DNA of 64,000 nucleotides, from assembly GCA_963796685.1 (NCBI GenBank), contig CAWCMR010000008.1, positions 192,001 to 256,000 on the forward strand. Direction: 5' to 3'. Positions within the stretch are counted from its first letter, which is position 1. Every line of letters begins with the position of its first letter. Below, in pieces: positions 54,374-61,289 of the stretch. A model generated the notes under the pieces. It was not told where the DNA came from. It saw only the letters and a program-made list of their open reading frames with translations, and did not search any database. The DNA is from an uncultured delta proteobacterium (GTDB taxonomy: Bacteria > Myxococcota_A > Polyangia > Fen-1088). The translations under genes were made by a program, and so were the position numbers.

Positions 54374-55680
54374 GGCGTCCTCGCGGACTTGGTGGTGCGC
54401 AGGTGCCCGAGCGCCTCCATGGCCGCCGAACCGGCATCCATGATGGAATCCACGATGTCCTTGGGGCCACTGGCCGTGCCGGCCGAAAAGACCCCACGAA
54501 TGTTGGTCAGGGTTGGCGAGTGCAGCAGGTGCGGCTGATCGACGAAGCCATCGGGCGAGACGCCGACGCCACAGCTGTCGAACAGCGCCGGATCGGCCCC
54601 TGGCACCATGCCGAGCGAAAGCACCACCATGTCGTGGCGCACCTCCTCGACCCGGCAGTCGTCCTCTTGCCGCTCGATGCGCAGGATAGGATTGTGTTCC
54701 GCGTCCTCCGCCACGCGCGCCACCTTGGCCTTCACGAAGTTGATGCCCATGGCTTTGGCCGACGCGTAGAACTGCTCGTAGCCTTTGCCGAAGGCGCGGA
54801 TGTCCATGTAGTAGATGGTGATATCTGCGATGGGCAGCGACCCCGAGAGCAACACGGCCTGCTTGATGGCGTACATGCAACAGACGCGCGAGCAGTAACC
54901 CGTGCCGAGTGACAGGTCCCGACTGCCGGCGCACTGAACGAAGGCAATGCTGTCCGGGATCTTGCCGTCCCCTGGGCGAAGCACACGTCCATACGGTCCG
55001 TGCGGCGCAAGCAGCCGCTCGACCTGCATCGGCGTGAGCACATTGGGCAGCTTGCCCAGCCCGTATTGAGGCTTGGCGTCGACGGGTGTCAGGTGGCTGC
55101 CCGTGGTCATGATGACCGACTTGGCTTGCACCTCGATCTCTTTCGGTTTCTGTAGGAAGTCGATGCAATCCGTTGGACACGCCCTGGCGCAACGGCCGCA
55201 CCACGTACAAGTTTCGGGATCGAGAACTGCGTACTGCGGAATGGCGTTGGTGAAGGGGATGGCGATGGCCTTGGTGGCGCCGAGTCCATGCTCGTAGGCA
55301 TCCGGCTGGTACTCGGGACAGGCTTCTTCGCACAGCCGGCACCCGATGCAGTTCGCCTCGTCCACGTAGCGCGGCTTCTTGCGCAACCGCCCGCGAAATC
55401 CGTCCCCAACGCGCGCGACCGAAAGGACCTCCGTGTGGGTGAGGGTCTCGATGCGGGCGTGGTGGGCCACCGAGGCCATGCGCGGCGTGGTGATGCAACT
55501 GGCGCAATCCAGGGTCGGGAACACCTTACTCAAGTTGATCATGCGACCGCCGATGCTGGCGTCCTTCTCCGCCAGCACCACGCGCACGCCCTGGTCGGCC
55601 GCCTCCAGGGCGGCCTGCATGCCCGCGATGCCGGCCCCCACGACCAAGACATCCGTCTCGATGATCTTCGGCTGGTCCAT
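54370..55680 (-). CDS. hdrA: HdrA-like flavoprotein (FAD core + inserted ferredoxin)
   Basis: VVGAGIAG, KVFPTLDCASC, CIGCRLCEEACP, CTWCGRCARACP, QCAGSRD..YCSRVCCMYAIKQA, YMDIRAFGKGYE, GPKDI. Confidence 0.9.
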   Translation of the reverse strand: MDQPKIIETDVLVVGAGIAGMQAALEAADQGVRVVLAEKDASIGGRMINLSKVFPTLDCASCITTPRMASVAHHARIETLTHTEVLSVARVGDGFRGRLRKKPRYVDEANCIGCRLCEEACPEYQPDAYEHGLGATKAIAIPFTNAIPQYAVLDPETCTWCGRCARACPTDCIDFLQKPKEIEVQAKSVIMTTGSHLTPVDAKPQYGLGKLPNVLTPMQVERLLAPHGPYGRVLRPGDGKIPDSIAFVQCAGSRDLSLGTGYCSRVCCMYAIKQAVLLSGSLPIADITIYYMDIRAFGKGYEQFYASAKAMGINFVKAKVARVAEDAEHNPILRIERQEDDCRVEEVRHDMVVLSLGMVPGADPALFDSCGVGVSPDGFVDQPHLLHSPTLTNIRGVFSAGTASGPKDIVDSIMDAGSAAMEALGHLRTTKSARTP

Positions 55681-55700
55681 GATTGGCCCGAACGTCAGGG

Positions 55701-55949
55701 TCACTTCTTCCGTGTTACGAAGATGCTGTCGTATCCGTCGCGCTCGGTGAAGCCCATGAACAGCTGGCCTGTCTTTTTGCACCAGGCGGGGATGTCTTCG
55801 CGGCTGCCCTTGTCCCCGCTGAGGATCTCCAGGATTTTGCCCACGGGCACCGAGCCCATCGCCTTCTTCGCCTCGAGCAAAGGGCCTGGGCAGGCCATGG
55901 CTCGCGCATCCACCACTTTGTCGCCCTTGAGATTCACCAGGTCGGTCAT
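55701..55949 (-). CDS. tusA: TusA-family sulfur carrier
   Basis: 82 aa, VDARAMACPGPLL, DIPAWCKKTG. Confidence 0.9.
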   Translation of the reverse strand: MTDLVNLKGDKVVDARAMACPGPLLEAKKAMGSVPVGKILEILSGDKGSREDIPAWCKKTGQLFMGFTERDGYDSIFVTRKK

Positions 55950-55979
55950 ACTTTCTCCATAGCTTTGGGTTGAGATCGC

Positions 55980-56285
55980 CTAATTGACTTTCAGTCCCGC
56001 GCAATACAGACCCCGCACACATCTCAGCAAGTCGCCAATCTTCGGATCCTTGATCGAATAGAAGATGCGATTGCCATCGCGGCGCTTGCTGATCAGGCCT
56101 TTGTTCTCCAGCAGCCGCAGGTGCTGGCTAACATTGCCCTTGGTGGTACCGATCTGCTCCAGCAGCTCTCCAACGAAGCGCTCGCGCTCGATGAGCAGAC
56201 AGACGATGAGCAAGCGCAGCGGGTGCGCAACACTACTTAGTACCCGCGCGGCCTTCTCGGCATGTTGCAATTGACGTTGATCCAT
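55980..56285 (-). CDS. ArsR/SmtB regulator, BigR/SqrR (persulfide-sensing) type
   Basis: AHPLRLLIVCLL (helix-2 Cys), VSQHLRLL, C-terminal LYC. Confidence 0.85.
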   Translation of the reverse strand: MDQRQLQHAEKAARVLSSVAHPLRLLIVCLLIERERFVGELLEQIGTTKGNVSQHLRLLENKGLISKRRDGNRIFYSIKDPKIGDLLRCVRGLYCAGLKVN

Positions 56286-56290
56286 GGTCC

Positions 56291-56731
56291 TCAGGCAAGC
56301 TTGGGATGGGATGAGTCGGCTATACTCTTGCGCATCTCGCCGATCTCCTTGAGAAAGGCCGACCGGCATACGGTGCAGATTGTCGTCAGCTTGAGTCGCG
56401 TGGTCGGGATGCCGCGCTCCTTCATGAGCGTGTAGACGCGATCGATGCGCTTCGACAGCCGCGTATACGCACCCTCGTAGGGACAGTCCGAACCCGAGCT
56501 CATGATGATGATGCCCGCGATCCCCTTGTCGAAAGAGCGCAAGTAGAACGATTCGGGAAACATCACCGGATCGGGCACGCGCAGGATGTACGTGTTGGGG
56601 TCGTACTGAAGCCGTGCTTGTCCTACGGCGTTGGCGCCCGGATCGGAGCTGTGCAGCGTGGTCAGGACGAGGATCCCAGGGACCCGGTTCGCGCCAGGGC
56701 TTGGATCCTTCTTCTGTATCTCGGTATTCAT
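56291..56731 (-). CDS. MvhD/FlpD-like protein lacking most [2Fe-2S] cysteines
   Basis: GANAVGQARLQY...ILRV...F.KG..GI.....DCPY..G...RI......L...GI...RL follows the MvhD pattern. Confidence 0.75.
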   Translation of the reverse strand: MNTEIQKKDPSPGANRVPGILVLTTLHSSDPGANAVGQARLQYDPNTYILRVPDPVMFPESFYLRSFDKGIAGIIIMSSGSDCPYEGAYTRLSKRIDRVYTLMKERGIPTTRLKLTTICTVCRSAFLKEIGEMRKSIADSSHPKLA

Positions 56732-56744
56732 GGTCTGCTTTGCT

Positions 56745-56779
56745 GTTTAGTAGTTAAGCGATAACTAAACTAGAGTCAA
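56745..56779 (-). promoter_or_regulatory. Promoter and inverted-repeat operator of the Hdr-like operon
   Basis: AT-rich island with perfect IR TAGTTA-N5-TAACTA (56751-56767) and minus-strand TTGACT -35 at 56779-56774. Confidence 0.6.
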
Positions 56780-56844
56780 GCCCGAATGTGATCTTTTTCA
56801 CGGCGGGCAAGCAATTTGCGTCTCATCCAGTTACACTTCGGCCC

Positions 56845-57696
56845 ATGGTCACCTTTCACGGGCAACTTCGCATGTGGCTTCCCTGGGTCGCGTCCGCGGC
56901 CTTCGTCTTGACCGGTGGGTCGTGCCGACACAAGGAAGGCAAACCCACCGCTCCGGGCGCCCATGCAAGCCTTGCGACGCCCTCCCTGCTTGGCAACACG
57001 CCCGCCGGCACTCCTTCCGTTGGCCACGGCGCCTCGTCAGCCATCGATGCCCAAGCCCACGATCCCGCGCACCCTCCTATCGACTGCCCGCTGCGCAAGC
57101 TGGGCATCGATCCACTGCACCTTCGGCCCTTCGATCAGGTCGAGAAGTACATCGCCTTCTTGGAAAAGCCCGAGCGTGCCATCTGGCAAAAGCCCGATGA
57201 GGTCGTCAAAGCGCTTGGCCTCACGGGAACAGAGACCATCGACGACGTCGGCGCGGGCTCGGGCTACTTCACGTTTCGATTCGCGCGGGCCTTGCCCCAC
57301 GGCAGGGTCATCGCCGCGGATACCGAGGCGGAGATGATCCGGCATATCCATCATCGGGCCATGAGCGACGGCATCCAGAATATCCAGGCCGTGCTCATCA
57401 AGCCCGACGATCCCGAGGTCAGCAAGGACGCGGACTGGGTCTTCATCTGCGATGTGCTCCACCATGTTCCCGATCGCTCGGCATGGCTCCACCGAGTCGC
57501 TTCGCAGATGAAGACCGGGGCCAGGCTGGCGCTCATCGAGTTCAAGCAAGGCAAGTTGCCCCAGGGACCGCCCGAGTCGGCCAAGATTCCGCGTGCCCTG
57601 CTCATCGAGCTTGCCACCAAGGCCGGCCTCAGGCTCGAAGGCGAAAAGACCACGCTTCTGCCCTATCAAGTCTTCCTGGTGTTCAAGAAGGCCTGA
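56845..57696 (+). CDS. Class I SAM-dependent methyltransferase with lipoprotein-like signal
   Basis: WQKPDEV, DDVGAGSGYFT, DVLHH; N-terminal AAFVLTGGSC. Confidence 0.85.
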   Translation: MVTFHGQLRMWLPWVASAAFVLTGGSCRHKEGKPTAPGAHASLATPSLLGNTPAGTPSVGHGASSAIDAQAHDPAHPPIDCPLRKLGIDPLHLRPFDQVEKYIAFLEKPERAIWQKPDEVVKALGLTGTETIDDVGAGSGYFTFRFARALPHGRVIAADTEAEMIRHIHHRAMSDGIQNIQAVLIKPDDPEVSKDADWVFICDVLHHVPDRSAWLHRVASQMKTGARLALIEFKQGKLPQGPPESAKIPRALLIELATKAGLRLEGEKTTLLPYQVFLVFKKA

Positions 57697-57747
57697 AGCT
57701 CCGAACGTTGGCGCGCCCGCCGCACCGGTGAATTGAAGACCTCCGGC

Positions 57748-58236
57748 CTATGGGATTTTCCCGGTGGATGTCGCGCCGTCGTTCTTCAGAGATGACGGCA
57801 GCAGCGTGCGAGCGATGATGTCCGCTGCCGAGGCGACGATCCGAGCGCACGGGCGGATCGCGTAGTATTCTGCGGTTCGTTCCGAAGGGTCGGGATTGAA
57901 CGTACACGACGCCTTCTCGAGCAGCTCTCTGCAACAAATGGTCCCGTGTCGCTCGGTGAACGCATGGACCATCCTCTTGATCAGATCGTACAGCCTCGTC
58001 TTGGTCTCGATGTCCCCTGCCGGGTAGGGTCCGACATGCAAACCGGCAAGGTAGGCCATGGCGCCGACCGCGCCGCAGGTCTCCCGCAGTCCGCCGATGC
58101 CGGCGCCAAAGCCGGCGGTGGATTTCAAAACGAAGCATGGCTCGAGGCCAAAATCCTCGGCGAACGCCGCCGTCGTCGACTGGGCGCAGTTGTAGCCCTG
58201 CCTGAAGAGCTCCTCGGCCTTGTCGCTGTGTTTCAC
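57748..58236 (-). CDS. C_GCAxxG_C_C family putative redox protein
   Basis: GYNCAQS, GFGAGIG..ETCGAVGA, GTICCRELL, RPC. Confidence 0.88.
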   Translation of the reverse strand: MKHSDKAEELFRQGYNCAQSTTAAFAEDFGLEPCFVLKSTAGFGAGIGGLRETCGAVGAMAYLAGLHVGPYPAGDIETKTRLYDLIKRMVHAFTERHGTICCRELLEKASCTFNPDPSERTAEYYAIRPCARIVASAADIIARTLLPSSLKNDGATSTGKIP

Positions 58237-58447
58237 GCGGGTGCCCCTCAGCCATCCGCACAAGCAACTCGCAGCGCTTGACGATGTCGCGCGAGATGAC
58301 GGGTCTTCATGCCCGCACGATAGATCCGAAGTGGGCGATACGCGCTCATATCTTTTGCACGCTTGGAGCCAGACCGTGGCCGGAAGGGTTCGCAAATTGA
58401 AACAGCGGTCGACGGCGCGGCAGGTGCAGATACACGCGGCCGAGTCC

Positions 58448-58481
58448 TTGACCCAAGTAATGAACATATGCTAATAATACT
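58448..58481 (+). promoter_or_regulatory. Sigma-70-like promoter with SmtB/CzrA-like imperfect palindrome
   Basis: TTGACC...TGCTAATAAT, containing ATGAAC-ATAT-GCTAAT; upstream of the ZIP transporter remnant. Confidence 0.4.
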
Positions 58482-58487
58482 CCGTGG

Positions 58488-59009
58488 GTGATGACGCTTC
58501 TATCTATCCTGGCTGCCGCGCTGGCGGGCGGCCTACTGACCGTGCTCGTCGCAGGTGCCGTGCTGGCGGTGAACGCAACGCTACTGGACCGGGCCCTACC
58601 CCGTCTTGTCAGCTTCTCCACGGGCGCCCTGCTCGGCGCCGCCCTCATGGGGATGATTCCCCACGCCGCACGGGTGCTACCGGTTTCCACCGTCGCGCGC
58701 GTGGTCCTTGTGGGGCTGGTTCTTTTCTTCGTGCTCTCGGATGGAAAGCGCATCCCCATCCGTGTTTCGACCGCGTCGCTGCGCGACGATCGGGGAAAGG
58801 TCATGGGAGGAGCGGAAACCTTCCGCGATCTGAGTGTCATCGAAGAGCTGCGCAAGGAGATCAAGGGGCGGCGCCAGGTGGGTGACATCGTCAGTCGCAG
58901 CCCGTCCATGCGCCAGGTCCTCGAGGTACTCCCGCGCATCGCCGAAAGCGAAAGCACGATCTTGCTCCAGGGCGAGACGGGCACGGGCAAAGAGCTTGCG
59001 GTGCCGTGA
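58488..59009 (+). pseudogene. Chimeric remnant: ZIP metal transporter N-terminus fused to a PAS/sigma-54 activator fragment
   Basis: LVSFSTGALLGAALMGMIPHA (ZIP), then IRVSTASLRDDRGKVMGGAETFRD (PAC) and ILLQGETGTGKELA, stopping right after Walker A. Confidence 0.75.
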
Positions 59010-59011
59010 GT

Positions 59012-59860
59012 ATGAGTACCAGCACCGGCACGATCACAATCACCATCCTGGTCGACAATCGGGCCAACGAGGGACTCGTCGCCGAGCACGGCTTTTCTGC
59101 CTGGATCGAGACCGCGGGCCGGCGAATTCTCTTCGACACCGGCCAGGGCGTGGCGCTCGCCCAAAACGCCGACGCGCTCGGCGTCGCCCTGAGCTCCGCG
59201 CACGCCTTGATCTTGAGTCACGGCCACTACGACCACACCGGCGGTGTGTCTCTGGTGGTCGAACGCGCACCGGCGGTTCAGGTCTACTGCCATCCGGCGG
59301 CGAATGGCCATCGCTACGCTGTCCGCGATGGGGTGGCCAGGCCGATCGACATGCCCCATTCGTCGGTATCGGCACTCGCGAATCTCCCGGCGGAGAGACT
59401 GCACTGGACCGAAAGGGCACGGGAAATCGCCCCGGGCATCGGTCTCTCCGGCCCCATTCCCCGGCGCACCGACTACGAGAATGTCGGCGGCCCGTTCTTT
59501 CTCGACATCCAGGGAAAGCACGCCGATCCCGTCGAGGACGACATGGCCCTTTGGCTGCGCACGGAGAGAGGGCTCGTCGTTGTTCTCGGGTGCGGCCACG
59601 CGGGCATCATCAACACGCTCGACCATGCCCTGCGCGTGGGTGGCTCTTCCCACATTCATGCGGTCCTCGGGGGCTTCCACCTGCGCGAAGCGAGCGATTC
59701 ACGCATCGACCGCACCCTGTCGGCGCTCGGGAAGCTTGCACCCGACGTCATCGTCCCATGCCATTGCACGGGAGAGCGCCCTATCGAAGCTCTGAAGAGC
59801 GTCTTTGGCGATCGCGTGCACCTCGAAGCGGCCGGGGCGATCCACAGCTTCGGGTCCTGA
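59012..59860 (+). CDS. MBL-fold metallo-hydrolase (COG1237-type)
   Basis: ITILVDN, AEHGFS, LFDTG, SHGHYDHTGG, GCGHAG, GGFHL, PCHCTG. Confidence 0.9.
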   Translation: MSTSTGTITITILVDNRANEGLVAEHGFSAWIETAGRRILFDTGQGVALAQNADALGVALSSAHALILSHGHYDHTGGVSLVVERAPAVQVYCHPAANGHRYAVRDGVARPIDMPHSSVSALANLPAERLHWTERAREIAPGIGLSGPIPRRTDYENVGGPFFLDIQGKHADPVEDDMALWLRTERGLVVVLGCGHAGIINTLDHALRVGGSSHIHAVLGGFHLREASDSRIDRTLSALGKLAPDVIVPCHCTGERPIEALKSVFGDRVHLEAAGAIHSFGS

Positions 59861-59887
59861 GTCGCTGGAAGCGACAGCGGTACGACC

Positions 59888-60988
59888 TCAAGGCGCCGTC
59901 GCCAAACGATCACGCCCGGCCTGTTTGGCTGCATAGAGGCATCGATCGGCGCGTTCGAGCCAGGTCTTGGCGTCGTCATCGGCCTTGATCTCGGCCAGTC
60001 CGATCGAGACGGTGACGGAAAGGGTTTGGTCATTCGTCGTCGAAACGAGCAGCGAGCGAATGCGGCCAAGCACTCGCTCGGCCAAGGCGCTCGCGTCTCG
60101 AACCCCGGTCTCGCGCAGGATGACGGCGAACTCGTCGCCGCCAAGGCGTGACACGAAGTCGTTCTTACGCAAGAAGACCTTGACCACGGCATCGGCGACC
60201 TGGCGCAAGACCTCGTCCCCGGAGATGTGACCACTGCTGTCGTTGACGTCCTTGAAGTGGTCGACGTCCACCACCAACATGGACATCGGGGAGCCGAACG
60301 CCTTGTGAATCTCCACGCTGCGCGCGAGGTAGTCGTCGAACGCCTTGCGGTTGGAGATGCGGGTCAAAGGATCCGTTTCGCTCTCCCGCCGGGCAGATTC
60401 CAGCTCGCTGCCGAGCGACCGAACCTGCGCCCCCAGGAGTTGCACTTGCTTCTGCTGCCGCTGGTGGCGCTCTTCGATGATCGACTTGAGCATGCCTACG
60501 GCGTCGAGCACCTCCCGCTTCAAATCCGCGGTCGAGTTGGCCTCGACCAGCTTCTCGAGCCGCCCGATCTGCATGCCCAGTCTACCGTCGACCTCTTCGT
60601 CTTGCGCGAAGGCCTGGCTGAGATTGCGAATGAAGACCCAGATGACCTGTCGCAGATCGGTCGAGATCTCGCTCACGCGCTTGGAGCTGGCCTGGCAGTA
60701 GTCGCGCACGAAACGACGAACGCCTTCCCATTCGCGACGCCCCTTGCGCGTCTGGACATCATCCTCGACGGCTCCGGGGGGCGAGGTGGCCAACGTGACG
60801 TGCATGGCCCATGCCTCGGCGGTGGCGCGAAAGGTCGGAATGTCTGTGGCATCCTGTTCGAGGGCGAACTCGGCCATGCTGCGCAAGACCCCCGCCAGGG
60901 TATCCAGCGCCATGTCGCCCGCGATGGTCGCGTCAGCCTCCTCGACGGGCGGCTTGCTCTCGTGCGGCTTTGGCGATTTTCCGAACAT
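59888..60988 (-). CDS. Diguanylate cyclase (GGDEF)
   Basis: DPLTRISNR, DVDHFK.VND..GH..GD, RKND I-site, RLGGDEF, AD..LYAAKQAGR. Confidence 0.92.
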   Translation of the reverse strand: MFGKSPKPHESKPPVEEADATIAGDMALDTLAGVLRSMAEFALEQDATDIPTFRATAEAWAMHVTLATSPPGAVEDDVQTRKGRREWEGVRRFVRDYCQASSKRVSEISTDLRQVIWVFIRNLSQAFAQDEEVDGRLGMQIGRLEKLVEANSTADLKREVLDAVGMLKSIIEERHQRQQKQVQLLGAQVRSLGSELESARRESETDPLTRISNRKAFDDYLARSVEIHKAFGSPMSMLVVDVDHFKDVNDSSGHISGDEVLRQVADAVVKVFLRKNDFVSRLGGDEFAVILRETGVRDASALAERVLGRIRSLLVSTTNDQTLSVTVSIGLAEIKADDDAKTWLERADRCLYAAKQAGRDRLATAP

Positions 60989-61289
60989 GGCGGCGAGCAG
61001 TCAAGGACGGTATCGGCAGCTACCAGATTGGGGTTGAGGAGATTGTGCCAAGAGCGTCAAACTGTCCATGCCGCATCCGCACACCGCTTGCCTCCACGCG
61101 CAGACACTCGTCCCGCGAAACGGACTTTCGCGGAGTCATGGACGCATTGTGCCCGCCACGTTTTCCAACACGCATCATCTATTCCGTATGACTGGCTCTC
61201 CTTTTCTTTCGGTACTAACTCTGCAGGGAGCTTCCACAATACGGCCTCTCTGAATCGCCCGCACACTTGCACCGCGGAGGTTGCGCCCA

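Noticed and set aside
52556-55507. 983-aa ORF as one giant HdrA fusion
   Set aside because: The first ~375 codons are an off-frame shadow of the upstream hdrA. The real start is ATG 54373 with SD GAGGA and an ATGA overlap.
52556-56731. Selenocysteine recoding in hdrA or mvhD
   Set aside because: Frames are open with no in-frame TGA at the Cys positions; the missing Cys are ordinary sense codons.
58237-58467. Cys-rich N-terminal extension of the C_GCAxxG_C_C protein
   Set aside because: The family domain starts at GTG 58236 with a GAGGGG SD. The extension has no recognisable motif.
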